Assembly: GCA_018715545.1 (NCBI GenBank)
Contig: DVLK01000098.1
Coordinates: 9,101 to 73,100, forward strand
Length of the DNA stretch: 64,000 bases
Origin: Candidatus Caccovivens faecavium
Lineage (GTDB): Bacteria > Bacillota > Clostridia > Christensenellales > UBA1242
Reading direction: 5' to 3'
The notes under the pieces were generated by a model, which was not told the origin of the DNA, did not search any database, and was given only the letters and a program-made list of their open reading frames with translations. Each line of letters opens with the position of its first letter. Within the stretch, counting starts at the first letter, position 1. Of the stretch, positions 19,312-28,015 are shown piece by piece. The position numbers and the translations under genes are program-made.

Positions 19312-19486
19312 AGTTACCTTTTTTCTTAGCAGTCTTAATGCATTTTGTGCAAGCTCTTACTCTTTTTCCGTTAATTTCTGTTTCTTGAAGATTAACATTA
19401 TATTTTCTTGGAGCTTTGTTATTGGCATGGCTCACTGTTTTTCCGTCCATTTTGCCTTTTTCGCAAATTTCGCAAACTCTACTCAT
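19310..19486 (-). CDS. rpmB: 50S ribosomal protein L28 (58 aa; absent from the ORF track because it is under 60 aa)
   Basis: The minus-strand translation is MSRVCEICEKGKMDGKTVSHANNKAPRKYNVNLQETEINGKRVRACTKCIKTAKKKGN. RBS AAAGGAGAAGGG. It is divergent from asp23-yloV, as in the Bacillus rpmB/yloU-yloV arrangement. Confidence 0.85.
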   Translation of the reverse strand: MSRVCEICEKGKMDGKTVSHANNKAPRKYNVNLQETEINGKRVRACTKCIKTAKKKGN

Positions 19487-19807
19487 TTCCCTTCTCCTTT
19501 TATTATTTTTATTTACGGGCTTTATTTTATCATACTTTTAATAAAAAATCAACTATTTTTTCTATTTTGTTTTTAATTTTACTAATCGACTCATAATAAT
19601 AGCTGTAATAAAGAATTGTGTTTTAACTTCTTTATAAATGAATAAAAGGTATTTTTATACGCATATAAATAAAAGAGGCGCTTATATTAATTTTGCGAAA
19701 TTTTGAACTCAAATTTTAAATAAAATTTACAAAATTTAACAATAATCGTTAAAGGAAAAATATTTTTGAATTATTTTTGAAAAAAATATTTTTTTGTTTA
19801 ATTTTAC

Positions 19808-19836
19808 TTGCGAAAATTTAGATAATGGTGTATTAT
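19808..19836 (+). promoter_or_regulatory. Promoter giving a ~235-nt structured leader for asp23-yloV
   Basis: TTGCGA (19808-19813), 17 nt spacer, TATTAT (19831-19836). Confidence 0.55.
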
Positions 19837-19866
19837 ATAGCTAGGTGTAGGGCTCTCAATGTTCCC

Positions 19867-20011
19867 AAAGCCTATATTATCGGAAGCCTAGTCAAGCACA
19901 ACGAAGTTGTATTTGAGCGAGGCTGATGGTTATACAAACTGTGGTGGTGCAATTCATTGCACATTTTGTGTTAACAAAATTAAAATTTAACTTGTTAAAT
20001 TTTAACATCAC
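19867..20011 (+). repeat. Copy A of a ~145-nt structured intergenic element
   Basis: Aligns by eye with 24129-24273 at roughly 70 percent identity. Shared blocks are ATATTAT, CAAGC, CATTTGAGCGA, ACATTTTGTG and AAAATTTAACTTG-TTAA-TTTTAACATCA. Contains hairpins GTGCAAT-tc-ATTGCAC and TTAAAATTTAAC-tt-GTTAAATTTTAA. Confidence 0.6.
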
Positions 20012-20077
20012 TATTATCGAAAATTTATTTATAAAATTTTCGGGCGAATTGATGCATTGTTTTTTTGGAGGAAACTT

Positions 20078-20428
20078 TTGACAGTAGATACCAATAATTA
20101 TTATGGTAAAATTTCAATTAGCGACAAGGCGATACGCACTGTCGCTGGTTTTGTCGCCATGGATTGTTATGGTGTCGTTGACCTTGTTTCTAAGAGCATA
20201 AAAGACAGTGCGCGTGAGTTTTTTAAAAAGGAATCCTATTCTCGTGGGGTTTCAGTAAATCATATCGACAACCGTATATATATTGACATACACTGCATTT
20301 TAAAGTATGGTGTTTCTATTTCTGCGGTTGCTGAGTCACTTAAAAAATCAGTTAAATACACAATTGAAAATTTCACAGGCATGATTGTTGACACTGTGAA
20401 TGTTCACGTTGTGGGTGTTAGAGTGTAG
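20078..20428 (+). CDS. Asp23/Gls24-family protein (yloU-like)
   Basis: ISISDKAIRTVAGFVAMDCYGV is typical of the family. I prefer the TTG start at 20078, 6 nt after GGAGG (20067-20071), over the ORF-track start at 20057. Confidence 0.85.
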   Translation: MTVDTNNYYGKISISDKAIRTVAGFVAMDCYGVVDLVSKSIKDSAREFFKKESYSRGVSVNHIDNRIYIDIHCILKYGVSISAVAESLKKSVKYTIENFTGMIVDTVNVHVVGVRV

Positions 20429-20440
20429 GAGTTAATTATT

Positions 20441-22075
20441 ATGCAGAAAACGATTAATGGTGTGTCCTTTCGTAAGATGGTTCTTGCGGGGGTTAGCCTT
20501 TTAGAGCAAAATAAAGAATATATTGATTCGCTTAATGTCTTTCCTGTTCCAGATGGAGACACAGGAACAAATATGTTTCTAACGATGAAGTCCGCTATGA
20601 CAGAGATAAATAAGTGCATGAATAACGATATTTCTTCTCTTTCAGAAGCTTTCAGCAAGGGCGCTCTTCGTGGCGCGAGAGGAAATAGCGGTGTTATTAC
20701 TTCTCAGATTTTTAAAGGGTTTTGTTCTGTAACAAGTGGATGTAAAGAGATTACAACAAAAGATTTTGCAAAGGCTATGCAAGAGGGCGCGACCATTGCA
20801 TACAAAGCTGTCACAAAGCCAAAAGAGGGGACTATCTTAACTGTCATTCGTGTTATGGCTGAAAACGCCGTTTCTCTTGCGAAGAAGCATGAAGATTTTG
20901 AAGTGTTCTTAAAGAAAGTGATAGACACAGGTGAAGAAATTTTAAAACAGACGCCTGAAATGCTTCCTGTGCTTAAAAAGGCGGGAGTTGTGGACTCTGG
21001 TGGTAGAGGTATTCTTGTTATCTTCACAGGATTTTATCGCTACATCATGGGCGATGAAGATTTAGAAATAACATTTGAAGATGACAAACAACCTCAAAGT
21101 CTTGACGATGTGATTGCGGACATAAATAATCTTGGCGATATTGAATTCGGTTACTGCACTGAGTATATGATTATCCATATGCACAAAAAGACGACAGAAG
21201 CAGATATTGATAAGCTAAGAGAAAAACTTATGGAAATCGGCGACTCTGTCATCTGCATCGGTGACCTATCGCTTGTCAAAGTGCATGTGCATACAAACGA
21301 ACCTAACAAAGCTCTCGGCTATGCGCTTGAACTTGGTGAACTTTTCAACTTGAAAATAGAAAATATGCGTGAACAAAACAGAGAACTTAAAAAGAAAGCA
21401 CAAGTTGTTGAAGAAAGCAAAGAAATGGGTATGATTTCTGTCGCTCCTGGTGATGGACTTGCATCAATATTTAAAGATTTAACAGTTGATGAAATTATTG
21501 TTGGTGGTCAAACTATGAACCCAAGTGCTGAGGACATTGCTACCGCTGCCGACAAAGTGCCTGCAAGAACCGTTTTTGTTTTTCCTAATAATAAGAATAT
21601 CGTTTTAGCAGCAGAACAAGCAAACGATGTGACAAATAAAAATTTAGTCATCATTCCAACCAAAAGCGTTCCAGAAGGAATTTCCGCAGCTATCGCTTTC
21701 AATCCCGAGGCCAGTGTTGAAGAAAACAAGACGGCTATGCTTGACGCGATAAAGTCTGTCCGCTCTGGACAGGTGACTTATGCAGTTCGCGACACTCATG
21801 TCGATGGTTTTGACCTTCGAAAGGGAGAGATTATTGGACTTGACGACAAGGCAATCTTGGCGAAGGGTGACTTAGTGGGCGACACCACAGAAAAACTTAT
21901 CGAAACGATGTTTAATGACAGCGTTATCAACATTACACTGTTCTTTGGCGAGGATATTAGAGAGGATGAAGCAAATAAATTGCAAGAAAAACTTGCTGAA
22001 AAATATCCTGAGTGCGAAGTAACGGTAGCTAATGGCGGTCAGCCAGTATATTATTACATCATTTCACTTGAATAA
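20441..22075 (+). CDS. yloV: DAK2-domain fusion protein YloV
   Basis: N-terminal Dak2 motifs (NVFPVPDGDTGTNM; ARGNSGVI). The 544-aa length and its position after the Asp23 gene also fit. Confidence 0.9.
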   Translation: MQKTINGVSFRKMVLAGVSLLEQNKEYIDSLNVFPVPDGDTGTNMFLTMKSAMTEINKCMNNDISSLSEAFSKGALRGARGNSGVITSQIFKGFCSVTSGCKEITTKDFAKAMQEGATIAYKAVTKPKEGTILTVIRVMAENAVSLAKKHEDFEVFLKKVIDTGEEILKQTPEMLPVLKKAGVVDSGGRGILVIFTGFYRYIMGDEDLEITFEDDKQPQSLDDVIADINNLGDIEFGYCTEYMIIHMHKKTTEADIDKLREKLMEIGDSVICIGDLSLVKVHVHTNEPNKALGYALELGELFNLKIENMREQNRELKKKAQVVEESKEMGMISVAPGDGLASIFKDLTVDEIIVGGQTMNPSAEDIATAADKVPARTVFVFPNNKNIVLAAEQANDVTNKNLVIIPTKSVPEGISAAIAFNPEASVEENKTAMLDAIKSVRSGQVTYAVRDTHVDGFDLRKGEIIGLDDKAILAKGDLVGDTTEKLIETMFNDSVINITLFFGEDIREDEANKLQEKLAEKYPECEVTVANGGQPVYYYIISLE

Positions 22076-22079
22076 TTTT

Positions 22080-22108
22080 AAAAGCGCTTAATTTAAGTGC
22101 TTTTATTT
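22080..22108 (+). terminator. Intrinsic terminator after yloV
   Basis: Stem AAAGCGCTTA / TAAGTGCTTT with one G-U pair and loop ATTT, followed by a T-run. Confidence 0.75.
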
Positions 22109-22193
22109 TACATGCTTTTAGTTATTATATCATAATTAAATAAATATTTTTATTTTAAAGGTCGAAAAAAGTTTAATATTTTTATTGGCAATA

Positions 22194-22221
22194 TTGACAA
22201 AATTAATTTTTGTGGTAAAAT
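22194..22221 (+). promoter_or_regulatory. Promoter of the 629-aa orphan (extended -10)
   Basis: TTGACA (22194-22199), 16 nt spacer, TGgTAAAAT (22213-22221). Confidence 0.65.
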
Positions 22222-22238
22222 AGTTTTAAGAGGTGAAT

Positions 22239-24128
22239 ATGAATAACTTAGCCTATGAAGGTGAGATTGTACGCTTGGCCACAAAATACTTTGCAATGAG
22301 TGAAGATGAAATAGCTAGCGCGCTTATAAGAGCCAAGAAGAAAAAAGATTTTAGCGAAAGTTATTTATATTCTATTTTAATTTCGGCTGAACCTTATTTT
22401 GCTAGATATATTAAAGATACTCCGATCGACTTACAAAGGAAAATTGGTAGGGTGGCATTTGATGGTTTAAATTATTCAACCTTTCCTCTCTATGAAACGC
22501 CGTCAGAAATGAGGTATAGACTTGCTGAGTTCTTTAACATGGCAAGTAATTATGGTATAAATCCATACAAAATTTTTTATTCCACTGTCATTTCAAAGGC
22601 TCATCTGTTTTTTAATAAAGAGGGAAAATATAGTAATTACAAGCGTGATATTAGTAATTTTGAGGTGGTTTCAAGGGCTATTGAAGAGCAACTTGGGCTA
22701 GATAGAACTAAGGTTGCGAAAATGTATGAGCGCTGTTCTTCTCTTTCCTATAAAGTTGACACAGAAAAGGTTGCCAAAAACTACCGTGCAATCAGGAGGT
22801 TGAGTTATAATTCTGAATTTGTATTCAATATGGTAGATGTCAAGGAAATTTTGAGAAATAATCCTACTTTATATTCTTGTTCTGAAAATCAAATAGAAAG
22901 TGCTTTTAATTATCTTAAAAAGAAAGCTGAAATTTATAAGCATAGAAATAAGGACACAAGATTTGTAGAAGATATTTTAAATAGCTGGATAAAGAACAAT
23001 TCTTCATCACTTGCTATCAATGTTGAAGGAATGAAAAGTAAAGAAAGAGCGTTGTATAGCTTTTTGACTACTATTGCAAGTAAAGATGAAGTAGCTAGTG
23101 TTTTGTACTCTACATTTGATAATCCGACTAGTATTTCCACCATAAATAAGATTTCTAGTGATACATTTTTTAGACACGACAATTATATGAAAGTGATAAA
23201 GACGCTCATCTATTATCTGGACAATCCAAGTAAAGAGAAATATCCTATAAACGCCTTAAACTACTTAAAACATTCAAAACTTGTATATTCTATTGACCAT
23301 AAGAGGTTAAATGCTTTTTTAGATAAAGTTAAAAATTGTGACATTCAAGATAATACAAATTTAATCCAAAAATTTGTTGAAAAGGGCGATGCTATCTATT
23401 CCTATTTCGACAAATATACTGATGACGAAATAATAGAAAAACTTAGAACGAACAAGATTTTATTCCGCATAAAACTCTATAACATGACTAAATCAATGAT
23501 TGCGCATAAGTTTTACGAGGTATTTTCGCATAATCCTGACGAAAAGTTTAATTATTTGAATGACCTTTTGCGTGAAAATTATAACTTAGAGCTTATCTGT
23601 CTTCATATCAATGATGCAGAAAGAAGTTTATTAAATTTGAAAGTTGCTTTAAAAAAAGAAGAAAAAATCTTACCTTTTGCAAAGGCAATTGAAGAGTTTA
23701 CTAGTAGCTTTATGGGTGTATATTATCAGTACGAAGAAAAATATTTAAAAACTAGTTTTAGTGAAGCTATGAATTTGTTTTTAAAAAGGGTTGACCGCGT
23801 GAAAGAAGAGATTGACACTCTTTATAATGAAGGGGTTGATGAGGCAAAGAAACGATATGATAATGTTGAAGCTTTGTATAACGCTTTTAAGCAAAATACG
23901 GGAGAAAAGTTATCAAAAAATAACAATCCTATAACAAGGCGCGAGGATTTTAAAAATCAATTAAATGAGGTTATAGAGAGCTTAGAAAAAGAAGTTGGAA
24001 CAAAACAACTTTCCATCTATGATTATAAAGATGAAGATGACGACAAATATGAAGCTTTAAATATATTAAAGGGCGTGCGAGCTAGATTTAACACTTTTGA
24101 TAGCCATGTAGAGAAAGAAAAATGTTGA
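22239..24128 (+). CDS. Hypothetical 629-aa Lys-rich, predicted all-helical protein
   Basis: Long clean ORF. The ATG at 22239 lies 5 nt after AAGAGG, whereas the ORF-track GTG at 22233 overlaps the RBS. No nucleotide-binding or catalytic motif was recognised. It has repetitive helical segments. Confidence 0.7.
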   Translation: MNNLAYEGEIVRLATKYFAMSEDEIASALIRAKKKKDFSESYLYSILISAEPYFARYIKDTPIDLQRKIGRVAFDGLNYSTFPLYETPSEMRYRLAEFFNMASNYGINPYKIFYSTVISKAHLFFNKEGKYSNYKRDISNFEVVSRAIEEQLGLDRTKVAKMYERCSSLSYKVDTEKVAKNYRAIRRLSYNSEFVFNMVDVKEILRNNPTLYSCSENQIESAFNYLKKKAEIYKHRNKDTRFVEDILNSWIKNNSSSLAINVEGMKSKERALYSFLTTIASKDEVASVLYSTFDNPTSISTINKISSDTFFRHDNYMKVIKTLIYYLDNPSKEKYPINALNYLKHSKLVYSIDHKRLNAFLDKVKNCDIQDNTNLIQKFVEKGDAIYSYFDKYTDDEIIEKLRTNKILFRIKLYNMTKSMIAHKFYEVFSHNPDEKFNYLNDLLRENYNLELICLHINDAERSLLNLKVALKKEEKILPFAKAIEEFTSSFMGVYYQYEEKYLKTSFSEAMNLFLKRVDRVKEEIDTLYNEGVDEAKKRYDNVEALYNAFKQNTGEKLSKNNNPITRREDFKNQLNEVIESLEKEVGTKQLSIYDYKDEDDDKYEALNILKGVRARFNTFDSHVEKEKC

Positions 24129-24273
24129 AAGCAATATTATTAGAAGTTACTACCAAGCGTGTTAAAGTCACATTTGAGCGAAATTAATGTTCACTCAAAT
24201 ATTGAGTGTGTAATTTATTGTACATTTTGTGGTTATAAAATTCAAAATTTAACTTGGTTAAGTTTTAACATCA
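24129..24273 (+). repeat. Copy B of the ~145-nt structured intergenic element
   Basis: Starts directly after the stop codon at 24126-24128. Its hairpins GTGTAAT-tt-ATTGTAC and AAAATTTAAC-tt-GGTTAAGTTTT keep pairing only through G-U wobbles on the + strand. It also has mutually exclusive hairpins TTTGAGCGAA/TTCACTCAAA and CACTCAA/TTGAGTG. Confidence 0.6.
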
Positions 24274-24352
24274 TATAGATTATTTGCAACACATGTTTAA
24301 ATTTCAAATTCAAGTGTTTTTAATAGATATTTTCGAAATTTAAGCATTTTGT

Positions 24353-24381
24353 TTGCAAATATTTTTCTTTTATATTATAAT
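24353..24381 (+). promoter_or_regulatory. frr operon promoter
   Basis: TTGCAA (24353-24358), 17 nt spacer, TATAAT (24376-24381). Confidence 0.65.
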
Positions 24382-24404
24382 AGACTTGTTTTAAGGAGAT
24401 TTAT

Positions 24405-24971
24405 ATGAATGAGATGGTGGATGAAATTTTTTCATCGCTTAAAAATGACCTAGAAAAAGCATATTCTCATCAACAAGATGAATATCTTTTAATAAGAGCG
24501 GGTCGCGCTAATCCTCATATCTTAGATAAGGTTATGGTGGAATATTATGGTGTTATGACCCCAATCAATCAAATGGGAACTATTTCCGTTTCTGAGGCTA
24601 GGATTTTAAATATCAATATTTGGGATGCTAGTCAAATAAAAAATGTTGTTAAAGCTATTAATCAGGCAGATATTGGAATTTCGCCAACAGATGACGGCAA
24701 AACAATAAGACTTGTTTTTCCAGCGCTAACCGAAGAGCGTAGAAAAGAAATTTGTAAGAATGTCAAAAAGATTTGTGAAGAAACAAAAATTGCAATGCGT
24801 AATGCAAGACGCGATAGCCTTGATATGCTTAAAGATTTAAAAAAGGACAATGTGCTATCTGAGGACGAACTTTCAAGTTGTGAAAAAGATGTGCAAAAGA
24901 TGATAGATAAATATACGGCTCTTGCGGATAGTTTAGCAATTGAGAAAGAAGACGAGGTTATGAAAGTTTAA
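24405..24971 (+). CDS. frr: Ribosome recycling factor
   Basis: LIRAGRANPHILDKVMVEYYG and a C-terminal helical region. Confidence 0.95.
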   Translation: MNEMVDEIFSSLKNDLEKAYSHQQDEYLLIRAGRANPHILDKVMVEYYGVMTPINQMGTISVSEARILNINIWDASQIKNVVKAINQADIGISPTDDGKTIRLVFPALTEERRKEICKNVKKICEETKIAMRNARRDSLDMLKDLKKDNVLSEDELSSCEKDVQKMIDKYTALADSLAIEKEDEVMKV

Positions 24972-24982
24972 TTTGGAGTTTT

Positions 24983-25669
24983 ATGAAAAAATTACCTACT
25001 CATATCGCATTTATCATGGACGGCAATAGGCGCTGGGCAAAAAAGCGTGGGCTTAACAAGATGTTAGGGCATAAGAAGGGCGCTGAGGTGCTTGTAAGTG
25101 TAATTAAAGAGCTTAATAAGATAAATGAGATTAAATATGCTTCATTTTTTGCGTTTTCAACTGAGAATTGGAATAGAGAACAAAAAGAAATTGATGCAAT
25201 TTTTCATCTTATTGAAGAGATGTTTGAGAAAAATGAGCAGGAATTTAACAACCTTAACATAAAATTTGTAGTTATGGGTGATATATCGCGTTTTCCGGTA
25301 GTAATGCAAGAAAAACTTATAAAAGTTCAGGAAAACAGCAAGAATAATAGTGGACTTACTGTGCTTCTTGCTTTAAACTATGGAGGAAGGGATGATATTG
25401 CACAAGCAGTTAATAAACTGTTAAAGGCAAATTTCAAAAGTGTCACAGAAGAAGATATAAAGCGAAATTTATTGTCCTATCCAGCGCCAGATATTGATTT
25501 TCTTATAAGAACAAGTGGTGAGCAGAGAGTTTCAAATTTTATGCTATTTCAACTTGCTTATAGTGAGATGTATTTTCCAAAGTATTGTTGGCCAGCGCTT
25601 ACTAAAAAACGCCTCTATAAGGCATTAAAAATTTATTCAAAAAGAAACAGAAGATTTGGAGGGAATTAA
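24983..25669 (+). CDS. uppS: Undecaprenyl diphosphate synthase
   Basis: HIAFIMDGNRRWAKKRG; FAFSTENWNR; IRTSGEQRVSNF. Confidence 0.95.
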   Translation: MKKLPTHIAFIMDGNRRWAKKRGLNKMLGHKKGAEVLVSVIKELNKINEIKYASFFAFSTENWNREQKEIDAIFHLIEEMFEKNEQEFNNLNIKFVVMGDISRFPVVMQEKLIKVQENSKNNSGLTVLLALNYGGRDDIAQAVNKLLKANFKSVTEEDIKRNLLSYPAPDIDFLIRTSGEQRVSNFMLFQLAYSEMYFPKYCWPALTKKRLYKALKIYSKRNRRFGGN

Positions 25670-26631
25670 TGAAAAAACGAGTTTATTCATCAGTGTTAAT
25701 AGTGCTACTTTTAGCAATCTTATTTGTGCTTAAAATTTTTGTTAGCGACTATTTCTTTGACGCGTTTTTTGGAATAATTGCATGCATCGCTTCATTTGAG
25801 ATGTCAAGATTGCTTTCTAAAACTAAGCGTTATAATTTTCAAATATTGTCAGTAATTTTTCCAGCGCTCATCCTAGCTTGTCATTTGATTTGTGCGCATT
25901 ATGCTAGCGCGCTTGGTGATATTTACTGGATTTTGTGGGCAATACTTATAGATTTTGCACTCATGCTTGTGGTACTTGCTGGAACTTTCTTAATTCAGCT
26001 TATTCGCAAAAAGAAAGTGCTTGAAGAAATGACTACGCGTGATGTTAAAAATATGTCAGTCGCAAAATTTGCTTTCAAAAAATGTTTGAACACCCTTATT
26101 GTCTTTGTTTATCCTGCATTTTTCTTCCTATTTATGGTGTTTGTCAATCACATGGGCGACTTGCCATTATCAAAACTCACAGATGTAGCGGTAGATTTCT
26201 CTATCTTCATTTTAATGACAGCAATCTTAATTCCTATGTTTTCAGATACCTTTGCAATGCTCACAGGTTCTCTTATTGGCGGAAAAAAATTATGTCCAAG
26301 AATAAGTCCAGGAAAAACAATATCTGGCACAGTAGGCGGTGCTGTTTGGACTCTTCTTCTTATGTCAGCTGTTTGGCTAATCTTTGCTAATATCAACGGC
26401 TTTGATTTTATGTGGTCAAGTTTTCCAATTTGGGCATATCTCATCATCGTTTTAATAGGAGTCGGTATAGCGGTTGCGGGCGACCTGTTTGAAAGTATCT
26501 TAAAACGCCATTCAGGAGTTAAAGATAGCGGTAGACTAGTTCCGGGGCATGGCGGAATACTTGATAGAATAGATTCATATATCTTTATTGCACCATATAT
26601 TATGCTTGCATTCTGGATTTTTGCTCTATAA
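25669..26631 (+). CDS. cdsA: Phosphatidate cytidylyltransferase (long N-terminal membrane extension)
   Basis: SPGKTISGTVGG and FESILKRHSGVKDSGRLVPGHGGILDRIDS. Confidence 0.9.
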   Translation: MKKRVYSSVLIVLLLAILFVLKIFVSDYFFDAFFGIIACIASFEMSRLLSKTKRYNFQILSVIFPALILACHLICAHYASALGDIYWILWAILIDFALMLVVLAGTFLIQLIRKKKVLEEMTTRDVKNMSVAKFAFKKCLNTLIVFVYPAFFFLFMVFVNHMGDLPLSKLTDVAVDFSIFILMTAILIPMFSDTFAMLTGSLIGGKKLCPRISPGKTISGTVGGAVWTLLLMSAVWLIFANINGFDFMWSSFPIWAYLIIVLIGVGIAVAGDLFESILKRHSGVKDSGRLVPGHGGILDRIDSYIFIAPYIMLAFWIFAL

Positions 26632-26727
26632 TAATGTAAAATCTTGATGGTTAACAAGCTAATTTTGGATGAATTTTTCAAATGCGAATGATTTTTTAGG
26701 TACTCATGAAATCATAGGAGTAAGATT

Positions 26728-27912
26728 ATGACGACATTTTTATATGTGCTACTTGCGATTGTGGTTCTTTTATTCATGGTTATGGTTCATGAGCTTGGAC
26801 ACTACATCGCAGGAAAAATTTTAAAATTTAAGATAACTGAATTTTCAATAGGCTTTGGAAAGGCTATCTTTTCTCATACCTCTAAAAAGACAGGCGAAAA
26901 GTTTTCTCTTCGCATTTTTCCACTTGGAGGCTACTGCTCATTCTACGGTGAGGAAGATGACGGTACGGCGGAAAACTTAGATAAGAGTGACAAAAATATA
27001 GTTGATATACAAAACAATGACGGAGTGCCTTTTAACAGCCAAAAACCATGGAAAAGAATAATCGTCTTTTTAGCTGGCGTGACTATGAATTTTTTGACCG
27101 CCATCCTCTTTTCTTGGATACTTCTTTGCACAGTTGGTTACGATGTTCCACAGATTATTGATTATAGCTCAACTATAAATGTTGATGAGAATGGGCAAAG
27201 CATTTTCCAAGAAGGGGATGTTATCACTCATGTAAATGGGCAAAAAATTGATTTCGCCTTTGGTGTCAATTTTAACACAGCTATCTCTAACCAAAAAGAA
27301 GCTGCAAAAGAATTTTATGAAAGCGACAACTATACGGGTGGAGATTATGTTTTTGATATGACTGTTCGCCGTGACGGAGAGAGTATTGTTTTAGAAAATG
27401 TGAAGATAGTTCAAGAGGTTGTGACAGAAACAGATAGCGAAACAGGTGAAGTTAAAACAAGTTATGTTTATCTTATGGGCTTAGAAAGCACAGAGGACAA
27501 AGTTTGCACACAGGCTTATAAATATGGCTTCTTTGAGGGGCTTGGTCGCTCGTTTTCTATGGCGTTTGGCTTTGCTTGGGTTGTGCTTAAAAGTTTATGG
27601 ATGCTTATAACCTTCCAAATTCCTATTACTGAGATGGGCGGAACGATAACAACCATTGCCACAATGGCAGAATATACTGCAATAAACCCTGCAAATCTTT
27701 TAATCTTTATACCACTAATATCTGCCAATCTTGCCATATTTAACCTGTTGCCGTTTCCAGCGCTTGACGGGGCGCATGTTCTGTTTACGGTAATTGAATG
27801 GATACGAGGGAAGCCGATAAATCGAAAAGTGGAGAACACCATTCACTTTGTTGGTATTTGCATACTCTTTGCCTTTGTCGTCATTGTAGATATACTGCAT
27901 TTTTTACTTTGA
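26728..27912 (+). CDS. rseP: RIP site-2 metalloprotease RseP/RasP
   Basis: HELGHY zinc motif, a PDZ-like middle region, and NLLPFPALDGAHV. Confidence 0.9.
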   Translation: MTTFLYVLLAIVVLLFMVMVHELGHYIAGKILKFKITEFSIGFGKAIFSHTSKKTGEKFSLRIFPLGGYCSFYGEEDDGTAENLDKSDKNIVDIQNNDGVPFNSQKPWKRIIVFLAGVTMNFLTAILFSWILLCTVGYDVPQIIDYSSTINVDENGQSIFQEGDVITHVNGQKIDFAFGVNFNTAISNQKEAAKEFYESDNYTGGDYVFDMTVRRDGESIVLENVKIVQEVVTETDSETGEVKTSYVYLMGLESTEDKVCTQAYKYGFFEGLGRSFSMAFGFAWVVLKSLWMLITFQIPITEMGGTITTIATMAEYTAINPANLLIFIPLISANLAIFNLLPFPALDGAHVLFTVIEWIRGKPINRKVENTIHFVGICILFAFVVIVDILHFLL

Positions 27913-27931
27913 AGATAGACAAAAATATTTA

Positions 27932-27966
27932 GAAAAACTCTATGTCGAAAAACATTAGAGTTTTTT
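27932..27966 (+). terminator. Intrinsic terminator after rseP
   Basis: Stem AAAACTCTA / TAGAGTTTT followed by a T-run. Confidence 0.7.
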
Positions 27967-27968
27967 AT

Positions 27969-27997
27969 ATTGACAAAATAGATATTTTTGTTTATAA
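27969..27997 (+). promoter_or_regulatory. Promoter of the 188-aa orphan
   Basis: TTGACA (27969-27974), 17 nt spacer, TATAAT (27992-27997). Confidence 0.65.
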
Positions 27998-28015
27998 TTT
28001 GCGAAAAAGGACGAA

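Noticed and set aside
19295-19596. Two + strand ORFs (93 and 62 aa) listed in the ORF track
   Set aside because: They are antisense to the clearly recognisable rpmB (L28) gene with its RBS. The translations are Phe/Leu-rich junk typical of antisense AT-rich sequence.
19843-20056. Considered 6S RNA or a known riboswitch for the structured asp23-yloV leader
   Set aside because: The 5' and 3' ends are not complementary, as 6S RNA would require, and I recognised no conserved core of any riboswitch class. It is kept as an unassigned element.
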